Origin: a virus
Lineage: Duplodnaviria > Caudoviricetes
Length of the DNA: 41,744 nucleotides
Direction: 5' to 3' (one strand)
IMG/VR virus record: IMGVR_UViG_3300049141_000006
Span: 1 to 41,744 of that record
The notes under the pieces were generated by a model. That model made no database searches and was not told the DNA's origin. It was given only the letters and a program-made list of their open reading frames with translations. Of the stretch, positions 16,890 through 25,053 are shown one piece after another. The translations under genes were made by a program, and so were the position numbers. Every line of letters begins with the position of its first letter. Position 1 is the stretch's first letter.

Positions 16890-18923
16890 TTACTCGTCGT
16901 CGTCGCTCGTGACCAGGGCGCTCAGGTCAAGGTCGAAGTCGTTCGCCGCCGCGCGAATGATGTCGTACAGCGCTGCCTTCGCCTTCCGCTTCTCGTTCGC
17001 GGCCTTGACCTTCGCGAAGCGCTTCCCGGCCTTCTCAAGCTGAGCCTTGACGGCGTCGAGCGCTTCCTTCGTCTTCTCGGCGTCGGTCTTCTCCTTGACC
17101 GGCGCGAGCTTCTCGGCAAGGTAGTCGGCGGGCACTTCGGCCGTCAGTTCCTTCACCTTCTCCTGAAGGGCTTCGACCTGCTGCGGGTTCACGTCCTGGT
17201 CGGAGTCCTTCAGCGTCTCCAGTTCCTTCGTGGCCGACTCGATTGCCTTCACGCGCCGGTCGTAGCGGGCAAGCTCCGTGCGGCCGTAGCGGGGAAGCTC
17301 GATGTCGTGCTCTTCGTACAGCGCGCGGATGGCGTCGGACGGCTTCAGCTCGTCCGGGAACGAGGGGTCATCGGCCTTGCCTTCAGCTTCCAGTTCAGCG
17401 CGAAGCTCCGCGTTGCCGTCGAGCTTCTTCGTGGCGCCGGGGAACAGCTCGTCCATGATGCTGCGCGACTGCTCACGGTCCGGACCGTCGAACGACTCCA
17501 GCCACTCGACCAGCACATCGCTCATCTTGTTCTGAGACGCGCGGACCATGGACGCGTGGGCCGCGAGACGCTCAACGTCGTCGTCGGCGATGCCTTCCTT
17601 GACCTTGTTGTAGATCTCCGAAGCGGCATTCTTCGTCGTCTTCCGGTCGGCCATAAGGTCGGGCAGGTTGTCAGCGTCCGGGTTGGGGATGCGGGTACGG
17701 ACGTCCAGGATCGTGTGCGCGAGCTTCTCACCGACGTTGCCCAGCTTCAGGCCCAGGTCAAGCCCCTGGTTGAAGAGCTTCACGCCGTCGGTGACGAGCT
17801 TCTTCACGCCGTCGTACTTGTAGAAGTCCTCAGCGACGTCGGGGGCCGGGTTGGCGCCAGAGCGGCTGTGCGGCTTGTTGGCGCCGCGAACGGCAACCTC
17901 CGTGGACGGCGCGGCCTCAGCGGGCTTCAGCTCAGCGAGCCGTGCCTTCTTCGCGTCGCTGACGGTCTTCCGCAGGTCGTTGCGCTTGCCGGTCGGCAGG
18001 GTCTTGATGATCTCCTCAGCGCGCTCCGTGAACTTCTGAACGGCGTCGGCGTCGGTCGCGCTCTTCGTGAGGTCGACAAGATCGTGCACGGCGCTGATCT
18101 TCTCGTCCGTGTCCTGCGTCGGCTCCGGCTTCGCGGCAGTCTTCGGCATGGTGTTCTCTCCCTTGTTGTACGCGTCGCGTGCTTCCTTGGCACGGTCGGC
18201 GGCTTCGGCGTGGTCGGCACCCTGGGCGCGAGCCGACTCGAATGCAGCGTTGTACGTGCCGTCGGCGTCAACGGGCGTGATGATCTTCTGAGTGACCGTC
18301 ATGTTCAGGCCCGGCACCTCAACCGGCTCTTCGGTCACGATCACGTCGCCGGTCGGCACGACCTTCGAGCAGGCGGCGCACAGCTCAAGTTCCGGCTTCT
18401 GCTCCATGGCCGTGCCCCAAAGCTGAATCGGGGTCTTCGTGCGGGTCGGGCACATCGGCACCCACCAGCCTGCATCGTCAGCCTTGTTCAGCGCGTGGAT
18501 AGCGACGGCACCCGGAACGGCGCCAACGAGCACGTCGCCCCGAACGTCCTTCAGCTTCAGCTTCTTAGCGGCCATGGTCCGGCCCCCCGTTTCCTTGTTG
18601 TTGTTGTCCTGCGGTGCCGACTCTACGGGCTCCGCGGTGGCGGTGTCCAGCTCACTCACGTGAGTAGGCTGGGTTTCCTCAGCGGGCTTCGGCTCGACGA
18701 CCGTAGCGGGAGTGGCGGCGTAGCGCTTGCCGTACGGGTTCGAGCTACGCGGCGCCTTCTCCGCGGCCTTCAGCGTGGCAGCCGACGAGTAGCCAACGTG
18801 AACGAAGCCGTCGCCAAAGTCGATCCACGTGAACCACGCGATGGCGCGGCCACCCTTGACAGCCTTGACCGTCTCGCCGGTCTCCGGGTGCTTCGCCGTG
18901 TAGGTCGTCTTCGCCGCTGCCAT
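16890..18923 (-). CDS. c: phiC31 c-type immunity repressor with in-frame internal starts at 18575 and 18149
   Basis: 677 aa charged ORF between late and early regions; three RBS+ATG starts; operators upstream and inside. Identity from synteny and architecture, not an alignment. Confidence 0.8.
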   Translation of the reverse strand: MAAAKTTYTAKHPETGETVKAVKGGRAIAWFTWIDFGDGFVHVGYSSAATLKAAEKAPRSSNPYGKRYAATPATVVEPKPAEETQPTHVSELDTATAEPVESAPQDNNNKETGGRTMAAKKLKLKDVRGDVLVGAVPGAVAIHALNKADDAGWWVPMCPTRTKTPIQLWGTAMEQKPELELCAACSKVVPTGDVIVTEEPVEVPGLNMTVTQKIITPVDADGTYNAAFESARAQGADHAEAADRAKEARDAYNKGENTMPKTAAKPEPTQDTDEKISAVHDLVDLTKSATDADAVQKFTERAEEIIKTLPTGKRNDLRKTVSDAKKARLAELKPAEAAPSTEVAVRGANKPHSRSGANPAPDVAEDFYKYDGVKKLVTDGVKLFNQGLDLGLKLGNVGEKLAHTILDVRTRIPNPDADNLPDLMADRKTTKNAASEIYNKVKEGIADDDVERLAAHASMVRASQNKMSDVLVEWLESFDGPDREQSRSIMDELFPGATKKLDGNAELRAELEAEGKADDPSFPDELKPSDAIRALYEEHDIELPRYGRTELARYDRRVKAIESATKELETLKDSDQDVNPQQVEALQEKVKELTAEVPADYLAEKLAPVKEKTDAEKTKEALDAVKAQLEKAGKRFAKVKAANEKRKAKAALYDIIRAAANDFDLDLSALVTSDDDE
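18652..18667. promoter_or_regulatory. Palindromic operator inside the repressor gene
   Basis: TCACTCACGTGAGTAG ~77 nt before the second start. Confidence 0.75.
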
Positions 18924-18969
18924 GTCCGCCCCTTTGTCGCTGTCGTCGTCCTGCGTAGCTGACCCTAGC

Positions 18970-18985
18970 CTACTCACGTGAGTAG
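18970..18985. promoter_or_regulatory. Operator in the spacer of the putative repressor promoter
   Basis: Minus strand TTGTGC-18 nt (operator)-TAGGGT. Confidence 0.8.
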
Positions 18986-19002
18986 GCACAACCCGAACAC
19001 GC

Positions 19003-19031
19003 GAAAAGCCCCCAGGTTTCCCCGGGGGCTT
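19003..19031 (-). terminator. Intrinsic terminator
   Basis: AAGCCCCC..GGGGGCTTTTC; near-identical to 19300-19328. Confidence 0.75.
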
Positions 19032-19036
19032 CCTGT

Positions 19037-19219
19037 CTAGCGCTTCACGTACCATCCGCCGGTTCGGGCCGGGGCCTCAAGCTCCCCGGCTTCGATCCGC
19101 GCGTTGTGCTGAGCGCGGGCGTCGGCCTCAGACTCCGCCTTGTAGACCGTGACCCGCTTCTTGATCGGCCGGTTGGTCTTCGGGTTGATGGCCATGTAGT
19201 CAATCAGTCCGATGTTCAT
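19037..19219 (-). CDS. 60 aa hypothetical protein (cassette 3)
   Basis: RBS GAAGGGG; own promoter, operator and terminator. Confidence 0.7.
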   Translation of the reverse strand: MNIGLIDYMAINPKTNRPIKKRVTVYKAESEADARAQHNARIEAGELEAPARTGGWYVKR

Positions 19220-19258
19220 TTCGTTCCCCTTCGCCGCTGTGTTCTTACAAGGAACAGA

Positions 19259-19274
19259 CTACTCACGTGAGTAG
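19259..19274. promoter_or_regulatory. Operator in promoter spacer
   Basis: Minus strand TTGCAC-17 nt-TAGTCT with the palindrome in the spacer and -10. Confidence 0.8.
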
Positions 19275-19299
19275 GCAGGTGCAAGTCCCAGGGCAACAC

Positions 19300-19328
19300 G
19301 AAAAGCCCCCAGGTTTCCCCAGGGGCTT
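19300..19328 (-). terminator. Intrinsic terminator
   Basis: AAGCCCC..GGGGCTTTTC. Confidence 0.75.
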
Positions 19329-19337
19329 CGCTCAGTG

Positions 19338-19502
19338 CTACGCGACCCAACCGCCGTAGTTCGACCACACGGGGCCGGTGCTCTCATCTTCCCACGGGCG
19401 CGGGTCGTGCTCCGGGTTCTGCGCCCACCACGCTTCGAGCGCGTCGTATGCCGTGGGGTACGTGGGGCCGTCAAGCTCTTCGACGAACAGCGGGCTTTCC
19501 AT
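19338..19502 (-). CDS. 54 aa acidic Trp-rich hypothetical protein (cassette 2)
   Basis: MESPLFVEELDGPTY...; RBS GAAGGGAAG. Confidence 0.65.
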   Translation of the reverse strand: MESPLFVEELDGPTYPTAYDALEAWWAQNPEHDPRPWEDESTGPVWSNYGGWVA

Positions 19503-19542
19503 GTTGCTTCCCTTCGGTTGTGGTGCGGAGCTTCAACCTAGC

Positions 19543-19558
19543 CCACTCACGTGAGTAG
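19543..19558. promoter_or_regulatory. Palindromic operator (CIR-like)
   Basis: CCACTCACGTGAGTAG, followed on the minus strand by TAGGTT. Confidence 0.75.
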
Positions 19559-19577
19559 GCTAGGCGCTTTCGAGAAA

Positions 19578-19745
19578 CTAGAGCGTCTCGACTTCTTCAT
19601 GCGGCAGGAAGATCAGCGCGTCCCTGCCCCAGCCGATCATCGTTGTACCCGTGACCATGTCCGTACTGACGGTCTTCACGTCCGTGAGTCCGGCCTCAGT
19701 CACGAGCACGTCCCCCAGCGTGACGTCCTTCGCTCGCTTGATCAT
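19578..19745 (-). CDS. 55 aa hypothetical protein (cassette 1)
   Basis: MIKRAKDVTLGDVLV...; RBS GAAGGGGG. Confidence 0.65.
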   Translation of the reverse strand: MIKRAKDVTLGDVLVTEAGLTDVKTVSTDMVTGTTMIGWGRDALIFLPHEEVETL

Positions 19746-19781
19746 CCCTGCCCCCTTCGTCGTGTACCAACACGGCAGAGA

Positions 19782-19797
19782 CTACTCACGTGAGTAG
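19782..19797. promoter_or_regulatory. Operator in promoter spacer
   Basis: Minus strand TTGCGG-17 nt-TAGTCT. Confidence 0.8.
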
Positions 19798-19820
19798 GCA
19801 CCCGCAACCCCGGAAACGCG

Positions 19821-19861
19821 AAAATCCCCCTACCGGCCACCCGAAGGCAGTCGGTAGGGGG
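19821..19861 (-). terminator. Terminator at the end of the late region
   Basis: CCCCCTACCG...CGGTAGGGGG-ATTTT. Confidence 0.75.
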
Positions 19862-19867
19862 TGAGTC

Positions 19868-20449
19868 TCAGCGGCGCCCAGCGCGCGGCAGTAGAAGGCT
19901 GTCGACGATCCGGTTCAGGTCGTCGAGCGTGCCCGTGTTGGCGATGGTCAGCGCCGCCGCCCAGTTGGCAAGCTCCGTCTCGCTGGCGTGGTTCGCAGCG
20001 TCGCCGGAAGCCCCAGCACCCGGACGCGTGACCCGGATCATGCTGAACCCGCGGTCCCTCAGTGCGCGGGCTTCGTTCTCGTACCGGACGTCAGTGACGA
20101 CGACCGGCAGGTTCAGGCGCTCCGCGGCTTCGATCGCCGGGAAGGCGGCGCGAATCCAGAAGTCTGGATCGATCTCACGGACCGTCTGCCCGATGTGCTG
20201 AAGGACCCGGCGCACTTCCGGATGCACGACCTTCGCCGTGTCCCAGCCGATTCGCGACACGATCACTGACAGCCGCTCCGGCACGTCAAGATGGTTGGGG
20301 ATGAACGGGTCGAGCTTCAGCGCCGCACGCTTCAACGGGTCGGCGAACGCAACGCGCTGATAGCCGTAACGCTGCCTGAGTCGAGCGCCCACCGTGTCCT
20401 TGCCGGACTGAGCCGGGCCAATGAGACCGATTGACTTGTAGTAGGGCAT
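19868..20449 (-). CDS. Deoxynucleoside monophosphate kinase
   Basis: GLIGPAQSGKDT P-loop, FADPLK, RRVLQHIG, VTDVRYENE, HASE. Confidence 0.92.
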   Translation of the reverse strand: MPYYKSIGLIGPAQSGKDTVGARLRQRYGYQRVAFADPLKRAALKLDPFIPNHLDVPERLSVIVSRIGWDTAKVVHPEVRRVLQHIGQTVREIDPDFWIRAAFPAIEAAERLNLPVVVTDVRYENEARALRDRGFSMIRVTRPGAGASGDAANHASETELANWAAALTIANTGTLDDLNRIVDSLLLPRAGRR

Positions 20450-20484
20450 GCCGTGTCCCTTCGCCGGGGTGATCTACACGGCAG

Positions 20485-20500
20485 GAAGGGAGTCGGTGAC
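20485..20500 (-). promoter_or_regulatory. Phage-specific promoter motif
   Basis: Perfect copy abutting the upstream stop. Confidence 0.7.
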
Positions 20501-20680
20501 TCAGACGCCCAGGAAGGAGTGCACGAGCCCTACGACGGCAGCGCCGGGGAAGTCGGGACGCACCGCGCTGACCACGCCGACGACGCCGACGACGACGGCA
20601 CTGACGAGCTTCGGGTGAGCCTTCGCCCAGCCCAGGACGGCGCCCAGGTACGAGCCGCCCGGCTTGCTGTGTTCGCCCAT
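20501..20680 (-). CDS. Putative holin / small membrane protein
   Basis: Hydrophobic 59 aa ORF directly after the endolysin; RBS GAGG. Confidence 0.6.
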   Translation of the reverse strand: MGEHSKPGGSYLGAVLGWAKAHPKLVSAVVVGVVGVVSAVRPDFPGAAVVGLVHSFLGV

Positions 20681-20776
20681 GGTTTCCTCACTTTCAGTTA
20701 CGATCTTGACCCAGGCCGGCCGGGGGTATACCCGCGCAAAAACGGACATACCCCACACGGCTCGGATTACGGAGAG

Positions 20777-21622
20777 TTAGACCTTCGGGACCTTCAGCGC
20801 GTCCCACGTGGTCTTGCCCGGCCACCCGTCAGCGTCCGTGCCCGTGTAGCCGCGCTTCCGCTGCCACTTCGCGTAGCTCTTCCGGTCGGCGTCCGTCCAC
20901 TGGGGACCCGGACCGTCCTCGTACGCAGAGCACCCGACAGCGACGAGCCGCTTGCCCATGGCCGTGACGATCGCACTCTTCGGCTCGCGCTTGAAGAAGG
21001 CAGCACCCGGGAACGGCTCGTAGGCCTTCGGCTTCGGCTCGCTGGGAACCGACGGCTTCGGCTCAGCGGGGGAGACGTCGGACACACTGCCGGTCGCCTT
21101 CGTGCGGTAGCCGAACTTCCCCGCGAACGGGTCGGCACTCACGCTGCCACCCTCGAACGCCGGGTAGCCGTAGCCGTACACGTGCGCGTCACGCCGCCGC
21201 CGGGTCTTCAGGTACACGCCGTCGCCCTCAGCCCCGCCGGACGTGTTCGTGTTGCCCTCAACCGTCGTGATCGTGTCAGCGTCGTACGCCACGCACAGAC
21301 CCGTGTGGGTGCCGCCCCCGTTGCCGAAGAAGACCTGAGCGCCCACCGCCGGGTACTCGCTGAAGCGGCCCTTGTTCTTGAACCAGGACACGCCGACGGC
21401 ACACGAAGCCGACTTCGGGAACAGTGCCGCGTGCCCGGACTTGTCGGCAACCCACGCCACGAACGCCGCGCACCACGGGTAGCCGTAGCCATCCCGCGCG
21501 TACCCGGGAATGCGCCCTAGCCACCGGTTGTACTTCGAGTCGTTGACCCAGTGGCCACCCGCCCGGCTTTCCTGTACTCCGACTTCCGCCTTCGCGACGG
21601 AAACGAGCTTTGCGATGCTCAA
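20777..21622 (-). CDS. Endolysin, CHAP domain plus peptidoglycan-binding domain
   Basis: PWCAAFVAW, HTGL, TVEGNT; C-terminal ADGWPGKTTW. Confidence 0.92.
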   Translation of the reverse strand: MSIAKLVSVAKAEVGVQESRAGGHWVNDSKYNRWLGRIPGYARDGYGYPWCAAFVAWVADKSGHAALFPKSASCAVGVSWFKNKGRFSEYPAVGAQVFFGNGGGTHTGLCVAYDADTITTVEGNTNTSGGAEGDGVYLKTRRRRDAHVYGYGYPAFEGGSVSADPFAGKFGYRTKATGSVSDVSPAEPKPSVPSEPKPKAYEPFPGAAFFKREPKSAIVTAMGKRLVAVGCSAYEDGPGPQWTDADRKSYAKWQRKRGYTGTDADGWPGKTTWDALKVPKV

Positions 21623-21681
21623 TGCATTCTCCGAATCTGTGCAGCACGAAGCCCCCCAGTCGGATTACTGAGGGGCTCAAC

Positions 21682-21697
21682 CTACTCACGTGAGCAG
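21682..21697. promoter_or_regulatory. Palindromic operator (CIR-like)
   Basis: CTACTCACGTGAGCAG next to hairpin ~21648-21677. Confidence 0.75.
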
Positions 21698-21703
21698 GCT
21701 GGA

Positions 21704-23083
21704 TTACGCAGGGGCAAGGAGCGTCTTCGTGCCGTTCGAGCCGATCCAGTACAGCGCCCCAGCCTTCGCGTACAGCGCGCCGCCGCCCGTGATCGTCGCT
21801 GCCGAAGGTTCCGTTGCGGCGTTGGTAATACCGAGCACGCCGCTACCGCCACCGAAGGTGACCGACGTCGAGCCGACCTGAAGGCCCGTACCGGCCGCGT
21901 ACAGCGTCTCCAGCGTGACGAGCTGACCCGTGGGGGAGATGCGCGTACGGGTCGCGCCGTCCGTGCTCCGCTGCCACTCGGTCAGGTTCGCGCCGGTTGT
22001 GCCGGATGCGCGGATGATCAGCGCGGGTACGGCCGTGTCCGGCATGCGAAGGTCAACCATCGCCGTCGGGTTGTAGCCGATAGCGCCGCCCATCGACAGT
22101 CGCCCGTTCCCGGCTAGCTTGAAATCCTCGCGGCCCTTCGTGTTCCGAACCGTGATGATGTTGCCGGTCGTTCCCGGTACGCCGTCGAGCCGGTCAATCG
22201 TCGAGTTGATGAAGATTGCCTGAGCGGCAGTACCGGCGCCCACGAGGTCAATCGACAATGCCGCCGCCCCGGAGTCGTCCGCGGAAGCCGCCTTATCGTG
22301 CGTGACCTTTATCGTGCCGGTATTCGTTTCCTTGCCGCTGACCTGAACGGCAGAGAAGCCCGGGTTATCCGACACGGCGTTGAGCGCTGAGCCCGTGCCC
22401 GACGTCGCTGCCATCCATGCCGTGACAGCGTGGCCATTCGCAGTGACCGTCGACTTCGACGTGAAGCCATGCTGAGCCGTGTCCACCCGCAGCGTGCCGG
22501 TCACCGTGCCACCTGTAAGGGCGAGCGCTCCGACGTCCGCGGCGTTCAGCGTCACGGCCGCGCCGGTCTTCCCGTTTACGGTAGTGATGCTGCCGGGGTC
22601 GCCCTTGTCGCCCTTCAGCGAAACGAGCCACTCAGCCTCAGTGCCCACGAAGCCTTGCTGTACGGCAATCTCGTAGGCGCTCGCGCCGACCACCGGCACG
22701 TAGTTCGGCGTCATGGGGTCGGACGGCGCCACGTCCGCTAGATCCACGCTGCCACCCGGCGTGTCCTGCGGCAGCAGCATGACATACGTGCGGGTTCCGG
22801 GGACGCCGGTCAGCGACTCCTTCACCGTGTACGCCCAACCCGTCGGATTCATGTTTGGCGAATCCGTCGCGGGCAGCAGCACGCCGAGATTCCCCGCCGG
22901 GTCAATCATCCGCCCCTGTTCGTCCAGCGTGCAGACGACCGAACCGGCGATGAACAGGTCGGCTTCCGGGAACGTGAGAAGCGGAGGGCCGGTGAACGTT
23001 ACGGAGCCCTTCAGGGGGCGCTTATCCGGGCCCAGGTACGTCGCCATTACGCGCACCGTGGGAATCAGATCAGGATTACTCAC
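21704..23083 (-). CDS. Tail fibre / receptor-binding protein with HylP (phage hyaluronidase)-like beta-helix segment
   Basis: SAYEIAV..GFVGTEAEWL.SLKG, short collagen-like GDKGDPG, VNGKTG.V.L.A.DVGA, then AAALSIDL..GTAAQAIFINST. Confidence 0.8.
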   Translation of the reverse strand: MSNPDLIPTVRVMATYLGPDKRPLKGSVTFTGPPLLTFPEADLFIAGSVVCTLDEQGRMIDPAGNLGVLLPATDSPNMNPTGWAYTVKESLTGVPGTRTYVMLLPQDTPGGSVDLADVAPSDPMTPNYVPVVGASAYEIAVQQGFVGTEAEWLVSLKGDKGDPGSITTVNGKTGAAVTLNAADVGALALTGGTVTGTLRVDTAQHGFTSKSTVTANGHAVTAWMAATSGTGSALNAVSDNPGFSAVQVSGKETNTGTIKVTHDKAASADDSGAAALSIDLVGAGTAAQAIFINSTIDRLDGVPGTTGNIITVRNTKGREDFKLAGNGRLSMGGAIGYNPTAMVDLRMPDTAVPALIIRASGTTGANLTEWQRSTDGATRTRISPTGQLVTLETLYAAGTGLQVGSTSVTFGGGSGVLGITNAATEPSAATITGGGALYAKAGALYWIGSNGTKTLLAPA

Positions 23084-23327
23084 GCTCGCCCCCAATCAAG
23101 TTTTCCACGCGCTTCCGAAGCTCGCCGTTTTCCTTGCGGAGAAGCTCGACGATTCCGATAAGCCGCGCCACTTCGTTTTCCAGCCGGTCAGCGCGCGCCG
23201 TTTGCGCTTCAGCTTCCTCGCGCCACGCATCCCGCGCGCCGGTCTTCACCTGTCGATAGACCAGCATCAAGAACAGGCATACGCCGCCCGCTATCTCCGC
23301 GGCCCCAACCATGTCGCTCAGGCCCAT
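23076..23327 (-). CDS. Small membrane protein with coiled-coil tail
   Basis: N-terminal hydrophobic helix followed by heptad-like charged region. Confidence 0.7.
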   Translation of the reverse strand: MGLSDMVGAAEIAGGVCLFLMLVYRQVKTGARDAWREEAEAQTARADRLENEVARLIGIVELLRKENGELRKRVENLIGGERE

Positions 23328-23944
23328 GTGACCGGCCCCCCGTTCGTCGGAGTCAGCGAGCCGCCGATGCGCGGGTTGCCGTCCGTGGCTTCTTCCTCGT
23401 ACGTGTCGGCCGGTACGCCAGTGATCAGCAGCGGGTTCCCCATGCCGACCGTCAGCGACTCCCCGCCGAAGTCTGCGCGCTTGTTCACGCGGTACTCAAC
23501 GGCGAAGCCCTTCCACTCGTTCGTGTCGTCGAAGCTGACCGGCTGAGGGTGCTTCCATGCCCACGTGATCGTGCGCGTGTTGCCCGGCGTCGCTGTGTCG
23601 TCGGCCGTCGTAAGCGTGATCTCACGCGTCTTCGAGCCGCTGACCATGTCGCGCAGCCACACCGTTACCGACACGTCGAGCGCCGCGGAAGTGCCCTGCG
23701 GAATGTGGAACGGAATCAGCAGGATCAGGGTCGGCATGTTCAGGCCGGTCGAGTTGATGACTCCGAGAGTGTGTGTGGTCGAGCCCGGAGTGCCTTCCAG
23801 GGACGGCGACTGAAACGACCCGTACGGCAGGCGCTCATTCACGCTGCCTAGCTTCGGCTTCCGTTCGAGCGCGTCTAGGCGCCGCTTAAGCTCTCTTAGC
23901 TCCGCCACGAGAGAAGGCGGACGCGCGTTAGCTTGAATCGTCAC
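23318..23944 (-). CDS. Minor tail protein
   Basis: N-terminal LRELKRRLDALER coiled coil; tail-module position. Confidence 0.7.
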   Translation of the reverse strand: MTIQANARPPSLVAELRELKRRLDALERKPKLGSVNERLPYGSFQSPSLEGTPGSTTHTLGVINSTGLNMPTLILLIPFHIPQGTSAALDVSVTVWLRDMVSGSKTREITLTTADDTATPGNTRTITWAWKHPQPVSFDDTNEWKGFAVEYRVNKRADFGGESLTVGMGNPLLITGVPADTYEEEATDGNPRIGGSLTPTNGGPVTWA

Positions 23945-25016
23945 TGACGAAAACCTCTTTACTAGCGAGAGACAGCGAAATGGATTCCGTGCCGTTTTCG
24001 TCCACGGTCACGTGTCGTTCCGTCAGCACGTAGTCGTCGTTCAGTTGCACGTAACCGGCATCGGCTCTCACGAAGCCCACGGCTCCGGGCATGAACTGGG
24101 ACGGTCGGAACAGGCCCGGGTACAGAGTCAGCGTGGGAATGGCGATATGCGCCCTACTGACGGCCGACATAGCCGAAGCCTTCGGGGCAAGCACCGTCGT
24201 GCCCTTAGCGTCAGAGAACGTCGCCACTTGATACAGCGTCGGCGTGTCGAGCGCGTTGTCACGAGAGACAACAGGCTTCGACCCTTTGCCGTCGTCCGCG
24301 CCGAAAGCCCACACTCGCGTGCCCAACTTCGTGCCGTCGTAAGAGACCTGGGTAATGTCGGCGTTGCTGCGGTGCTTCAGCGTGGGGAACGAGCGCGACA
24401 GCCGCGAGCGCATTCGGATTCGATTAGCGATACGAGTGCGCGCGGCATTGCGCCAAACCGTCTCGTACCAAAAGTCAAACCCGCTGCCTTCCTCCGCAAG
24501 CTCGTCGATGGCTTCCGCGGCATTCTTGAACTCCGAGAACGACCAGTCACGCTTACGGAAAAAGCCGCGCTCAGTAAGCATCGACGTATCCGTCTCGATC
24601 CCGCCGTAGCTGTCGAGCAACTCGAACCAATCGCGCAGCATTTCGGAGCGCTCTTTTCGCGCCGTGTACCCAGACCAGACACCCAGCGAAGGGCCGGAGC
24701 GCGGAACGAAACGCACTAGGTAGCGCCGGTCGTAATAGCTGTGCCACCCGGAAGCGTTCAGCGTCAGCGTTCCGGCCGCCAGATCGGCAGTAGCGCCCCA
24801 CAACAGTCCACCCCACACGGGCTCGCCGTCGGCCGTCGGCACAAGGGCGCTACGCCCAACCTTCAGCGTGGCCGGGTCGGCAAGGTCGAGCGGGATAGTG
24901 AGGCTCGCTGACCCTGCGCCATTGAGCGTCTCACTGTAGGAAATGCCAGTAACCGGCAACGTCGCTTCAACGTTGCCGGTACGGGCTTCCACCTGAAGAA
25001 CTTCGTATTCAGACAT
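23928..25016 (-). CDS. Minor tail / baseplate hub protein
   Basis: ISYSETLNGAGSASL, WGG motif; tail-module position. Confidence 0.75.
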   Translation of the reverse strand: MSEYEVLQVEARTGNVEATLPVTGISYSETLNGAGSASLTIPLDLADPATLKVGRSALVPTADGEPVWGGLLWGATADLAAGTLTLNASGWHSYYDRRYLVRFVPRSGPSLGVWSGYTARKERSEMLRDWFELLDSYGGIETDTSMLTERGFFRKRDWSFSEFKNAAEAIDELAEEGSGFDFWYETVWRNAARTRIANRIRMRSRLSRSFPTLKHRSNADITQVSYDGTKLGTRVWAFGADDGKGSKPVVSRDNALDTPTLYQVATFSDAKGTTVLAPKASAMSAVSRAHIAIPTLTLYPGLFRPSQFMPGAVGFVRADAGYVQLNDDYVLTERHVTVDENGTESISLSLASKEVFVSDDSS

Positions 25017-25037
25017 AGGCGTACCCCCTACATATAT

Positions 25038-25053
25038 GAAGGGAGTCGGCTAC
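25038..25053 (-). promoter_or_regulatory. Phage-specific promoter motif (internal to tail operon)
   Basis: GTAGCCGACTCCCTTCATATA; shares the downstream ATATA with the copy at 39315. Confidence 0.65.

Noticed and set aside
18652-19797. Five palindromic repeats at ~240-320 bp intervals as a CRISPR array or integron attC array
   Set aside because: Repeats are 16 bp, spacers are gene-sized, the motif is dispersed genome-wide, and there are no cas or integron integrase genes.
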